Positions 10,929 to 24,546 of a stretch of 64,000 bases of DNA are shown one piece after another. Location of the stretch: NCBI GenBank assembly GCA_963796965.1, contig CAWCNS010000009.1, positions 320,001-384,000 of the forward strand, in the 5' to 3' direction. The first letter of the stretch is position 1. Every line of letters starts with the position of its first letter. The notes below the pieces were generated by a model. The model was not told the DNA's origin and ran no database searches. It saw nothing but the letters and a program-made list of their open reading frames with translations. Position numbers and translations under genes: made by a program. The DNA comes from Calditrichia bacterium. Lineage in GTDB: Bacteria > Calditrichota > Calditrichia > JAJRVZ01.

Positions 10929-13539
10929 CTACCCGTTCGACGGCCACCACTCTGGATCGGCCGGTTTAATAATTCCCTCTTCAATAGCGATGGCATACAT
11001 GGGACCAAAACAGCCGATGAGCGTCCCTTCATACCCGGTGGGAAGACCTTCCCATGAACGAAATTCATGACCGGTGCGATTCCCCCCATTAAAAACTCCG
11101 GCAGCGTATCCATGCGTCAATTCATCAATCGTCTTTTTTATGTTTTCTTTATGGCCATATTGCGACAAAGCTCTTAGATAATATGTCCCTGGCCAGCCAC
11201 TCAGACTACCATCGGTATAGGTCTCAAATGTCGGATTTTTATTTTCAAATATCTTAGCCAACATTTGGTCTTCTTCACGAATGGGCAAAAGATTACAGGG
11301 CAATCCCATCTGTGCGTTTGGTGGGCCAACCTCTTCCCGTTTTAATTCTAAGGCAGTAAGCGCCTTTTGGGCCGGATTTTTATCAAGAAGTCCAAATGCG
11401 AGGGCCACACCGTTCACCCAGATAAAAGCGTAATCATGAAGCTGACCATCACGACTGCGCCAACCGGCGACCCATCCTGTTTCCGGATTGAGGAGAGATG
11501 ACGAATAATTTGCCCGAAGATTTTTGGCTGCCTGCCGGCATTTTTGTACAAGATCATGATGCTGCGTAAGGTCATCCAGCATGGCTGCCGCATTCCGGAA
11601 ACCGCGATAGGCCCAGGCATTAACATAGCCATCAATATGACCAAAACCCACCACATCCATGGAATTGGAACTCCAGCGGTACGAGCCCGAATTGCCACTA
11701 AGATCGCTACAGACCATCATACCATTCTCACCAATCAGAGAAAGCATACGTTTTACAATTTCAACAATTCCGGATTCAATCTTTTTTAACCATTTAATAT
11801 CCGGATCTGCCTGATGAATGCGTCCTGCTGCCGAGAGAAGGACAGGATCAGAGTCCAGATAGAGGCTTCGCCAGTACCCGTACCCACCCCCATCCAACAA
11901 GGCTTTTCCAATCGTAAACCGGGCAAGATCGAGGGGATCTGGCCCATTGACGGGTTTCTTTGTATTAGCTGCAATTTCTATCGGCGGTCCCTGGGATAAA
12001 TGACAATTCGTTGAAATAGAATGATTAGAGAACCCACGATATTCGGGCCTGAAACATGAGAAGACAGTTCCCCAATGTTTTTTCAACCCATCGCTTGGTT
12101 GGGGCGCATCTGCTACTTCATCCGGCTGGAAGTTTTCAAGTGCGAACTCAAATTTAGCATGTTTCTCACCTTTCGGTACCACCTGACAATGATTCTCTCC
12201 GGGATGTTTCCCGAAAACAATCCCCCCGGTCAAACAATTTTCATCACGATAGCTTTCCACCTGCATGCGTATCTCATCCGGATTACCTCGAACCAAACGC
12301 TGTGAAAGGCTTCCATTCCCATCACTGGCCCATAGGGCCGGAAGAGTCACATCACCATTTCGTCCGGATTTCTGAGTGGGCATCCCTGCCAGACCGGTGA
12401 TACCCTTTTTAATATTCCAGGCCAACCGCCAGCAATCTGCTTCTATTACCGGGATAGTTTGATCGCTGTTTTGATTCAATTCGATACTAAAGTGATCACT
12501 TTCCACTGTAAATATGGCATCAATTTTTAATCCTTCAATGGTCCGCAAATTAGAATAAATAATTCTATTGCCGTCAATAGACACTTCTCCTGTCCAGAGA
12601 TGGGGTGGATAATCATTATACAAGGTACGCAACAGAGGGCCACTCACCCCTCCCATTTTTTTATCCATTCGTGACTGTCTGGAAACAAAGAGACGGTTCG
12701 TAGCCACACCCTCATCTCCTATAATATCCCATCCCAAATGCATCAATACCGGACGATTCAAACTGAAGCCAATTGATAAGTGCCTACCCTTAAAAAGGAT
12801 CATATCCGGTAAATCAATAACTTCCATCCCTTTTGGTGCTTTGGGATTTATATTTCTTTGTTTCAAAATGGGATGATAATCCACATTCACCAACGGATCG
12901 CCGAGGGGTTTCCCCAGGGCCGTTAGTTTATTCAGAATTCCAAAGGGCACATTATAAATGCCACCATTACATTCCCCATGATTCGACCACACGGGATGTT
13001 CACGATCACAGATAACACGCAGATGATTTGTTTTAAGATCCTCCAATGGAATTCTTAACGGCCGCTCCTTCAATAATTTTTCAAAATGGGCATCCATTTT
13101 AACTTCACTCATGTCCTGTGAAAGTCCTTCCCCCTTTATTTTAGGATCATAGGGTAAATCCACGTCCTTTATAGTCTGCCATTCAAGGGATTGAGGATTA
13201 AGTGTGGCAATCGTGATATGGGCAGGATGGGTTGGCACTTTTGGTACCCACCTGCCGTAGACCAAACGGTCAAGTTCTAAATGGTCCAGAGTCACAGGTC
13301 TGCCAAATCGAAGATAGCGGATACACTGTTTGACCATTCACTTCAGTGTTCAGACGCGGATGGTGCATGCGTTGAATCCCGCCATGGGTTATTGCGTAAT
13401 CAGTCAGCGGTTCAAAATTGGTTACTTTCATAGTCTTCTCATTATTTGTTTGGGATTTTGCATTTTTGGGTAATGCTGCTGCACCGGTAGCGGTCACAAC
13501 CGTTTTTAAAAAATAGCGCCGATTGACTTTCAACTTCAT
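10929..13539 (-). CDS. Tat-exported protein with a C-terminal six-hairpin glycosidase-like domain (frameshift near 13335)
   Basis: AGGAGGT before ATG 13539 and twin-arginine signal NRRYFLK. This ORF overlaps the start of the 802-aa ORF. C-terminal SNSMDVVGFGHIDGYVNAWAY and GWVAGW motifs. Confidence 0.6.
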
Positions 13540-13686
13540 CCGTCTACCTCCTGAAGGCATTTTTATATAGGTTGGAACTTTATTGGTGGTATGTTATATC
13601 GAATATATGGTGAGTGGTGAAAGTATGCAAATGGAAAATCGCTCGATACATTATGTGCCAACTTTGTGCCACTGTGAGGAAAAAAG

Positions 13687-13870
13687 ATAAACACAAAGGG
13701 CACAAAGAAGGCACAAAGTTCACAAAGAAAAAATATTATATATATTTTATAATTCAGTTTGTTAAGATCATTTTTTTTAAACTATGATTTAGAGTAAATT
13801 AGATCTAAAATCCTAAATATTTTCTCTGTGCTTGCTGCGTCGCTGCGTGAAAAAAAACTAAACACAAAGA
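13687..13870 (+). repeat. Family A element plus the start of another unit
   Basis: TAAACACAAAGGGCACAAAGAAGGCACAAAGTTCACAAAG...GTCGCTGCGTGAAAAAAAACTAAACACAAAG. Confidence 0.85.
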
Positions 13871-13878
13871 GTACCAAC

Positions 13879-16623
13879 TCACTTTACTAAAACCATCTTT
13901 TTCGTTTGCATAAAACCCGTCTCGGTACGCAACTGGTAATAATAAATCCCACTTGCAAATCTGCTGGCATCCCATTCAACCTGATAGTTTCCAGCAGCCT
14001 GATTTTTATTCACTAGAGTTGCCACCTTTTGACCGAGTACATTATAAATACTCAATTTCACGTAATCCGTAATATGTAATTTGTAATTTATCGTAGTGCT
14101 GGGATTAAAGGGATTAGGATAATTTTGTTCTAATACATAATCAGCCGGTGATAAAATACCTAGTTCCTCAACATTTGTAACCAGATCATTCCAGTCAATC
14201 ACATTTGCATAAATATCATAACCAACACCCAGCAATCGGTTATCCTGCCAGACATTATATATTTTATCTCCTACAAATTCTATATCCAGATTCGTCTGTT
14301 CCCGTTCAGAATTAACAGCAATCGTGGATAGTTCAGCATGAACCGTTCCATCATGATTATAGGCCTTTATAAATATATCATTGTCATTACCATTACTGTT
14401 TTTGAAAGCAATGACAAAGTCCTTCTTCGCATTCATTGCCACCCTGTTGTTTTGACCATACAATGTTTTATCTGAGATAGCGATATTGCTATCTATAACC
14501 GCGAAATTATCAGAGGAGCCAATATGTGAATATTTTTGATAATAAAGGGATCTGAGACTTCGATAATCCGACCAGACAACAATAGCGTCTCCATCCTCAT
14601 GAATATCAATATCAGGATAATACTGATTCGAATTGGTACTATCATCATTTACAATAATATAATCTCCCAGGGGCATTCCCTTAGATGAAAATCTTTGCAT
14701 TACAATATCCTGGTCATTCCCGCTCGAAAATACACTTGAATACCATACCACAGCAAAAGCACCAGTTGAATCAATGTCGACACGCGGCTCAGTATGTGTT
14801 GCATTTATCGAATCCGGACTTACCCGTATATTGGGGCCCAGTGTATCACCATTTTCACTATAAAGTTGAGCTAAAATATGATATGAATTATCGATATATT
14901 GCCGCCAGGCGATAACAAATTGACCTTGGTTGTTAGAAGCTATTATTGGCGTATAGCTACTGCTACCCTCTTCGTTTCTTGAAACAATGAAATTATCACC
15001 AATAGTCATGCCATTTTTATCAAAGCGCTGGGCAATGATTTCATTAACCGGATACCGGTATTCATACCAGGTTAAGATAAAGCCGCCATCTTTGCCAATC
15101 GCAATATCAGGCCAGTATGATAACGTCGGTGTTGCTTCTGCTTGATTTGTATCAACTGATACGCCATTATTTGTGAATTGTTGGTAATATACATTCTTGC
15201 TTCTGGTTCTTTCATCCTGCCAGGTTGTGACAAAACTGCCATCTTCCCTTACCGCAATGGCCGGATACTCCTGATTGGATGAATTTTCATCTGAATCAAC
15301 CCTGAATGATTCACCATTGGGTTTGCCTTCCACGAAAAAGCGGCGTGCCCTGACAAAATGCTTCATCGGTGTGCCCCGGTCTACCCATACCTGGACAAAA
15401 TTCCCATCCGCATCACAGCTTAAAGAATTATACTGTTTATCTCCCTTATCACTGAGATCGGTCAAAAGAAAATTGGCATTGATTTTTTGATCCCCCTTGA
15501 GACTTTGACCATAAATATGCTTTGGGCCATTACGCGTGTCTCGCCAGGTGACAATTAAGTCACCATTACCATGTGATTCCACTCTAGGATCATAGGCATA
15601 ATAACTCCCATCACTATCCGAAATTTCGATGTTTTTTCCTGCAGGCCCCTGATCTCGAGCATAGAATTGTCCCCAAATCCGGCTTCTCCCTGTTGGGTAA
15701 CCATACCAGGCAACAATGTAACCGGTATCAGATAAGGCCACATCAGGTGAGTAGTGCGATGTATTAGGCGAATTCTCACTCAATTGGTGCACAGAATCCT
15801 TCGGTGATCCTGCTGAGTTAAACTCTCTGGCATAGATATTATAATAGGAAGCCTGGGTGGCATACCAGGCAACCAGGAAATCGCCATCATCGTCCATGGC
15901 AACGCTAGGCAGATATTTTCTGGATCCTTGAATATCATCATTCACAACAAAATTAGTTTCAATCTTTGCACCATTACCATCTAATATTTGTCCATAAATA
16001 TCATAGGTAGAACCATTTCTGGTGTCATACCAAACAACCACAAAACGGTCATTGTTATAAGCAATTCGCGGCGCATATTGTTGCGCCCTTTCTAAATCAT
16101 CTATCAGACTTACTTCTTCCCCGATCTTTGTGCCATCCTCCGTATACATCTGTCCAAATATATTAGTCCAGTTCCGGCCATCCTGCCAGACTACAAAGAA
16201 ATTACCCTCGGCATTCGCAGCCACATCAGGGCTACGATAGAAACGGTTTCTATCCTGGGTATTTATTTGAAATTCAGGTCCTAAAACTTTTCCGCTGGAA
16301 TCAATGATCTGCCCAAAACACATCTGATTTCCGTTCCGGTAATCATACCAAGCGACAAATGAAACCCCGCTATGATTCATGGCAACATTAGATACAAGTT
16401 TTTGTGCGTTGCCCTTCTGTTCATTGACAATAAAATCTTCAACCGCATAGTCAATCATTGAGGGCGATGCCATCACTTGGTCATAGGATTCATCAAGCAT
16501 GGGTCCAGGAATTTGAGGCTCTTGAATAGGGCTCTCATCCATATGTGGTAGAAGTGGTTGCGCAAAAACGGTGGTAAAAAGACTTAGAATAAAAAATAGA
16601 AATATAAAACGTAAATAAAACAT
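13879..16623 (-). CDS. Secreted beta-repeat (propeller-like) protein with C-terminal sorting domain
   Basis: Signal peptide. More than ten ~55-aa repeats of the form F.VN...Q..P.VA...G.F.V.W.D.R....IYGQ. Ends LEQNYPNPFNPSTTI...KKMVLVK. Confidence 0.8.
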   Translation of the reverse strand: MFYLRFIFLFFILSLFTTVFAQPLLPHMDESPIQEPQIPGPMLDESYDQVMASPSMIDYAVEDFIVNEQKGNAQKLVSNVAMNHSGVSFVAWYDYRNGNQMCFGQIIDSSGKVLGPEFQINTQDRNRFYRSPDVAANAEGNFFVVWQDGRNWTNIFGQMYTEDGTKIGEEVSLIDDLERAQQYAPRIAYNNDRFVVVWYDTRNGSTYDIYGQILDGNGAKIETNFVVNDDIQGSRKYLPSVAMDDDGDFLVAWYATQASYYNIYAREFNSAGSPKDSVHQLSENSPNTSHYSPDVALSDTGYIVAWYGYPTGRSRIWGQFYARDQGPAGKNIEISDSDGSYYAYDPRVESHGNGDLIVTWRDTRNGPKHIYGQSLKGDQKINANFLLTDLSDKGDKQYNSLSCDADGNFVQVWVDRGTPMKHFVRARRFFVEGKPNGESFRVDSDENSSNQEYPAIAVREDGSFVTTWQDERTRSKNVYYQQFTNNGVSVDTNQAEATPTLSYWPDIAIGKDGGFILTWYEYRYPVNEIIAQRFDKNGMTIGDNFIVSRNEEGSSSYTPIIASNNQGQFVIAWRQYIDNSYHILAQLYSENGDTLGPNIRVSPDSINATHTEPRVDIDSTGAFAVVWYSSVFSSGNDQDIVMQRFSSKGMPLGDYIIVNDDSTNSNQYYPDIDIHEDGDAIVVWSDYRSLRSLYYQKYSHIGSSDNFAVIDSNIAISDKTLYGQNNRVAMNAKKDFVIAFKNSNGNDNDIFIKAYNHDGTVHAELSTIAVNSEREQTNLDIEFVGDKIYNVWQDNRLLGVGYDIYANVIDWNDLVTNVEELGILSPADYVLEQNYPNPFNPSTTINYKLHITDYVKLSIYNVLGQKVATLVNKNQAAGNYQVEWDASRFASGIYYYQLRTETGFMQTKKMVLVK

Positions 16624-16723
16624 GGTTCCCCCCTTAAATTAATTACTTTTAATTTGTACTTATCTAAAGACGCAAGATTTTGGGGGAAAAGTGATAAAAG
16701 AATTAATTATTGTATGAAAAAAG

Positions 16724-16752
16724 ATAACCACAAAGGACACAAAGAAGGCACA
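16724..16752 (+). repeat. Isolated family A left arm
   Basis: ATAACCACAAAGGACACAAAGAAGGCAC. Confidence 0.65.
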
Positions 16753-16900
16753 CTCTCATAATGCTGAGCACATTCATTCCGAGCACCTGCTTCAATCGAA
16801 GCATCGATACTTTTATAGAAAACAATCGGATCATTTATATGAAATCGATAGGTCACATAGCGGCCATCATAGAATCTGTCAAACGAATTCTGTACAGTCC
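16753..16900 (-). pseudogene. Remnant resembling a DUF2961-family C-terminal segment
   Basis: GRYVTYRFHINDPIVFYKSIDASIEAGARN resembles the YRxHxxDPIxFxKSIxxxIExG motif. There is no start, and it runs into a repeat arm. Confidence 0.5.
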
Positions 16901-16935
16901 TTTTGGTGGATCTGATTATATCTATATCTGGTTTA

Positions 16936-17421
16936 TTAAATAAATAGTGCCAATTCGGGGAACTGCCGGCGTATCTTTTTTTCCTCTTCTGGTACATCCC
17001 GCAACATCTGGAAATCTTCAAATTCAAAACCCGGTCCCACGGTACATCCAACTAAAGTATAATCTCCCATTGTTTGTGCTGCCTGCCAGCAACCTGCAGG
17101 TACCACAGCAACCGAATTACTGATTCTATCGGGATTGCTAAGCCAAATACGTTCATACTCCTCTCCGCCTGGTTTGATATAAAACAATTCCAGGGAAGAT
17201 CCCTCATAAAAATGCCAGACCTCATCACTTTTTACATGATGCAAACAGCTATAATCGCCGTCGGTCAGCAAAAAGTAAATCGTAGTCAGAGCCGGACGCT
17301 CTTCACGGCCATCGGACAATTGAACCCGATCAGAAGAGCGATATACTTCACGGTAAAATCCGCCTTCAGGATGGGGTTCTAACTTTAAGAGTTTGATTAA
17401 TTCAGCTGCTCTTGGATCCAT
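16936..17421 (-). CDS. Cupin_5 (DUF985) family protein
   Basis: LEPHPEGGFYRE, TTIYFLL, SDEVWHFYEG and CTVGPGFEFEDF motifs. Confidence 0.9.
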   Translation of the reverse strand: MDPRAAELIKLLKLEPHPEGGFYREVYRSSDRVQLSDGREERPALTTIYFLLTDGDYSCLHHVKSDEVWHFYEGSSLELFYIKPGGEEYERIWLSNPDRISNSVAVVPAGCWQAAQTMGDYTLVGCTVGPGFEFEDFQMLRDVPEEEKKIRRQFPELALFI

Positions 17422-17510
17422 AAGAGTAGATTATTGTAATGATTCGGAGACCTGATCTGCCCCGGGACAAACTTGTTTCTGAATTTGCTCCAACTCAGTA
17501 TACCCTATAA

Positions 17511-17574
17511 GTCGCCCCAAATTTATTTCAGGATCTGTTTCAATGCAGAGATTCTGAAACAAGTTTAGAATGAC
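17511..17574. repeat. GTCATxCTGAA-type palindromic element
   Basis: GTCGCCCCAAATTTATTTCAGGATCT...AGATTCTGAAACAAGTTTAGAATGAC imperfect inverted arms. Confidence 0.65.
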
Positions 17575-17602
17575 TGTATTTAAATGAATAAATTACCTGA
17601 TC

Positions 17603-17791
17603 TTATACATACTTCTTAAAACTGTATTTATCAGCAAGCGTGACCTTATCTTCTTGAGAAAGAGAGGTCATATAGGATTTCCAACCGGGACAAAAGTTAA
17701 TATGCCAGCGCCATAATTTTCCCATCAAAGACTTAGGATTGTTGTCATATTTGGCCCGCCAGGCACAATTCTCACAATTTTGATCTGCCAT
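17603..17791 (-). CDS. Small Cys/Trp-containing hypothetical protein (62 aa)
   Basis: GGAGG upstream. CENC...WRWHINFCPGW. Lies directly downstream of icd on the same strand. Confidence 0.7.
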   Translation of the reverse strand: MADQNCENCAWRAKYDNNPKSLMGKLWRWHINFCPGWKSYMTSLSQEDKVTLADKYSFKKYV

Positions 17792-17880
17792 TTTAATCCT
17801 CCGAATCTAAGTGATAAGGAAAAAGGTGACCATTATAATCCAATAGGTCTTTACCTTTTTCCTTTTACCTTCTTCCTTTA

Positions 17881-20233
<2,353 letters not shown>

Positions 20234-20352
20234 CTATAATTATATCGCGTAATTCAATTTAATTGATCGTTTTTAATTAATCTGGTACAAATTTAACAAT
20301 TTTTTTAATAATCTTCTGTCAGAATTTTATGAAATTGCAAAATTTATAAGAA

Positions 20353-20598
20353 TCAATTATTTGGCATGATCAAAAATTCATCGAATTCAATATGACAATT
20401 GTGATTGGGTAAATCATGCCATGTAAAATCAACAATTTTCCCAAATGTATTCAACATCATAATACCATCTTTTGCATTGCCAAATAACATTTGGCCCTCA
20501 TATGTACAGATCGTAACAAAATACGCACCTGCCTTGCTATAATCATATCCTTTCAACCGGATTGATCTTCGATGATGCTTCTGTGGAATATAAATCAT
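20353..20598 (-). mobile_element. Truncated REP-associated tyrosine transposase (Y1/HUH, RAYT-like)
   Basis: HHRRSIRLKGYDYSKAGAYFVTICT N-terminus. It stops at IMPNN, exactly where the MPNH-x-H (HUH) motif should be. Confidence 0.85.
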
Positions 20599-20760
20599 AA
20601 TGAATCTAATCCGCAAGAATAATGCCATAAAACAACCAAAGATATCTGTCAATACTTCAATTTTTGGCAACATCTGCAAAGATCTCTCGTACATGAGATC
20701 AAACTTTTCCGTTTATCATAAATCAACAGGTTGTTATATCCAAAAAAGAAAGGATTCTCA

Positions 20761-22243
20761 ATGAAATCTCTTGCCACGTTCCTCATGTTTGTGATTGTTT
20801 TCTCATCCCTTCCACTTTATTCCCAGGAGACCGATGAACTATTTAAAAAAGATGTAGAAACATTTATCGAAAAAATCATGTCCGCTTATGAAATCCCTGG
20901 TGTTGCCATCGGAGTGGTCAAAAATGGCGAAATCTATTATACCAAAGGATTTGGTGTTCAAAATATTGAAACGAAAGTGCCCGTTTCAGAATCGACGATT
21001 TTTCACATGGCTTCGGTATCCAAACCCTTTGTCGCTACAGCGATTATGCAGTTGGTTGAGGCTGGTAAAGTGAATCTTGACGACCCCGTGGTAAACTATC
21101 TGCCCTATTTTAAAATAAACGATGACCGATACAGAGAGATCACCGTCAGACAAATGCTTACGCATACTTCTGGGATGCCGGATGTGATGGACTATGAATG
21201 GGGCGAGGTGGAAAAACCTGCCGGGGCATTAACCCGTTATACGCTATCACTAAAGGATAAGAAATTAATCTTTGACCCTGGTGAAAAATGGGCCTATAGC
21301 AATATGGCTTTTGAGGTATTAGGTAATCTTATTGAGAAGGTTTCCGGTATGTCCTTTGAAGGCTATATAACACAAAATATTCTCGCTCCGCTGAAAATGA
21401 ATCAGAGCAACTTTTTAGTCGATCAAAGATATCAACTCTTATACACCGATGGTCATATTCGACAATTAAATATTGAGGTAAGTCCCACCTATCCTTATAA
21501 TCCAAAACATGCACCAAGTTCAACTCTTCATTCTAATTCGGTAGACATGTGCCGCTGGGCCATCGCCAATCTTAATCGCGGCGAATATCAAAACCAACGA
21601 ATCCTTAAGGCAACCAGTTATAGCCAGTTATGGAAACCCTTATAGGGATGCCTCTGATGGCCGAAAGATCGGTCTAAGTTGGTTTTTAGGTGGACAAAAC
21701 GGTGAGATGAAGGTTCAGCATGGCGGTGGGGATCTGGGTTTTAGCACCTATTTCAGCATGAAACCAAGGAAAATGTCGGCCGTTGTTGTACTTACCAACC
21801 ACGATTATTCCCCGGTTCAGGCCATTAGTAATGGGATCTGGGCTATCCTGGAAGGCAAGGAAATAGAGATGCCTAAATTCCCAATTTTGATTGAATTGAG
21901 TAAAATATTGGTTGACAAAGATGTACAGGTTGCTATTGAAAGGTATGACAACCTAAAGAAAAATCAGCCCGAGGATTATAACTTTGGTGAAGCACAGCTC
22001 AATTTATTAGGTTACAGTCTGATGGCCAAAGAACGGCTCAATGATGCCATTGAGATCTTTAAGTTAAATGTTGCAGCCTATCCGGAATCCTCTAATCCCT
22101 ATGATAGTCTTGGAGAAGCCTATATGAAGGCAGGTAAAAAAGAATTGGCCATTGAGAATTATGAAAAGTCTCTTCTTCTAAATCCGGAGAATGAAAATGG
22201 CAAAAAAATGCTGGTAGAATTGAAAAACTTAACAAAGAAATAG
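20761..22243 (+). CDS. Secreted beta-lactamase-family serine hydrolase with C-terminal TPR (frameshift near 21640)
   Basis: SxxK (ASVSK), LTHTSG, YSN and HGG motifs. TPR segment YPESSNPYDSLGEAY. One extra T at about 21640 separates the two ORFs. Confidence 0.88.
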
Positions 22244-22253
22244 AATGGAATTT

Positions 22254-22414
22254 TCTCGCGAAGGCGCTAAGTCGCTAAGATAAATAATAAAAGAAACAAT
22301 CTTTAAAATAAGAAATAGTCCATAACAATAAATCTGAATAAAAATAATAATATTTTGTTATTTGTATTATTTATTTTGTTTTTGCCTTTTTAGCGGCTTT
22401 GCGGCTTTGCGAGA
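22254..22414. repeat. Inverted-arm element (CGCxAAG type) between convergent genes
   Basis: TCTCGCGAAGGCGCTAAGTCGCTAAG - AT-rich spacer - TTAGCGGCTTTGCGGCTTTGCGAGA. Confidence 0.85.
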
Positions 22415-22503
22415 GATATTTGTGAATAGATCAGGTTAATTGAATTTCTCATTTAATATGATTCTGGATCGATATTCCGATTTTAAATAAACAAAAGAGA
22501 AAC

Positions 22504-24444
22504 CTATTTCACCGGTTTAATCAAAAAATTATCATACTCAACATAATTGAAAACACTGCCAATACCTACCGCGCCATGTTTATAGGTATCGTCTTTAACT
22601 TTAACGATCTCCTGGTCATCAATGATAACACGTATTTCATCATTGACAAATCGCATTTTCACAATATGCCAAATAAATGGGTTAAAAGAATCTCGACCGC
22701 GGGCGATTATTTTTTCACCGGCAAATAACTGCCAGATGCCGCTTGTGGCAATTTTGAACCGATACCCCTCAGGAGGTAGCACACTTCTAAACGTATGAGT
22801 AATTCTTCCGGCTACTGTAGCCTGTCCTGTATTCTCCTGAATGTTAATATCAACATTAATTTCATAATCCGTCCAGGAGGAGTCACCGATCAGACTTTGC
22901 ACATATACATCACCGGGGCGCCACCACTCGGTTCCTTGTTGTGTGATAACCTGTTTCAGACATTTACCCTGACCATCACGTCTGTTGCTTACCTCAAAGA
23001 TACCTGCCTGGTCTGAAAAATATTTTGGTAACCTACCCGAGATTTCATCTTCAAAATCCGTGCTATAGGGTAAGGGGAAATTTTCAACCGGTGGCGAATC
23101 GTATCCTCCTTTCTGTTGTCCGCTGGTATTGGTAATTGAATAGACCGCCTTACCAATCAGATCGATCGTAAATCGGTTATTCTTTATCTCGATATTATCC
23201 TGCTGGATAAAACTTTCTTTGTTTTTTATTGATCGCCAGAGAGATAGGTCTTCCCTGTCAAATTCATCGTCAAATACAAAAGTAACTCTTTGCGTAACCG
23301 TGGTATCCATTGTTTCAATAATAAGACTAAATTCATTGTTTGCGGGATTCTTCAACGTAACAAAACTACCCCCACCATCCAAATAATCGCAACTCTCATC
23401 CATATAGATCCATCCAGGATTTGCAAATTGTGTCGTATGGGCCACCGCCCATATGGCTGGCTGTATCTCAAAGTTTCCACTCCACGGAGAATCAGCCCTC
23501 ATCAATCCCGATCCTGGAAGTTCCAAATAATTGTAGTAGGATGAAATCAGACTCCAGGTAATAAAGTTGGTAAGTTTTCCATTGATATAACTTCGATTAT
23601 ACATCTTGACGAGAACTTCAAAAGCCTCCCAATCTCCTTTCCATGGTCCTCCCTCACTGTTACGTAATGATTTTCCCAGGCGACGGGCTTCAGGTGTGCT
23701 ACCGTACCGATTCTCTTTCCACCTTTCATTATAATGAAGACCGATGGCATAAATGGCATCATCAAGTTCAGGGTCTATTGCCATTTCATCTGCCAATTTC
23801 CAATCAAATACATCTGCTGCAATAATTTTGACCTCTTTCAGCCCATTTCTATCGAGAGTTCTTCTGAGAAGTTTTATCCATTCCTTATCATATTCTCTCT
23901 CGTTCCATATCCCTGTATAGTCTATTTTTAACCCATGATATTCTAAAGATTTGCTAATAAATAAAGATATATAGTCAGCATTATCCTGAGAAAAGAATAC
24001 GCCATCACCGATCCAACCCGGACAGCCCCATTCCAGACAATCAAGGATAATAGCAGGATTACGTTTTTTTGCCTCTTTCATTAACCACCATTCATAGCCC
24101 CGCTGATAATATTCGGGCTGTGGATATTCAAATTCTATTCGTGTTCTGGCATGACTCGGTTCACTACCGTCCGTGGAATTGACATCTCCCCCAATTTCAA
24201 CTTTTAGTTGGTGCAGGCTGGCGGCAAACTTAGGTTTGAATAGAATATCCAGGATTTGGCTACGATAGGGATCGGAATAATCAATTAACAGACGGGATGA
24301 AGCCCCGGCACTTAGGGCGCCGATTCCTTCAAATACTCTACCGGTAGCATCGGTATTGATCGTGATTACCTGTTGTGCTGAAGTGGGGAGAGGGAAAGAA
24401 AGTATTAAGCAAAGTAAAATTAAAGGGTATCTCATTATATTCAT
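22504..24444 (-). CDS. Glycoside hydrolase family 59 (galactocerebrosidase-like), secreted
   Basis: GASSRLLIDY, LKVEIGGDVNSTDGSEPSH, RGYEWWLMKEAKKRNP, GIWNE and AHTTQF motifs. Confidence 0.9.
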   Translation of the reverse strand: MNIMRYPLILLCLILSFPLPTSAQQVITINTDATGRVFEGIGALSAGASSRLLIDYSDPYRSQILDILFKPKFAASLHQLKVEIGGDVNSTDGSEPSHARTRIEFEYPQPEYYQRGYEWWLMKEAKKRNPAIILDCLEWGCPGWIGDGVFFSQDNADYISLFISKSLEYHGLKIDYTGIWNEREYDKEWIKLLRRTLDRNGLKEVKIIAADVFDWKLADEMAIDPELDDAIYAIGLHYNERWKENRYGSTPEARRLGKSLRNSEGGPWKGDWEAFEVLVKMYNRSYINGKLTNFITWSLISSYYNYLELPGSGLMRADSPWSGNFEIQPAIWAVAHTTQFANPGWIYMDESCDYLDGGGSFVTLKNPANNEFSLIIETMDTTVTQRVTFVFDDEFDREDLSLWRSIKNKESFIQQDNIEIKNNRFTIDLIGKAVYSITNTSGQQKGGYDSPPVENFPLPYSTDFEDEISGRLPKYFSDQAGIFEVSNRRDGQGKCLKQVITQQGTEWWRPGDVYVQSLIGDSSWTDYEINVDINIQENTGQATVAGRITHTFRSVLPPEGYRFKIATSGIWQLFAGEKIIARGRDSFNPFIWHIVKMRFVNDEIRVIIDDQEIVKVKDDTYKHGAVGIGSVFNYVEYDNFLIKPVK

Positions 24445-24546
24445 CTTTTGTAAAATTTTACCATTTTATTTCAGAAAGGATCTTTATTGTTTACTGAACT
24501 ATAAATTTTTGGCCATAAGAAAAACATTTTTTACTTCAGTGGGGAT

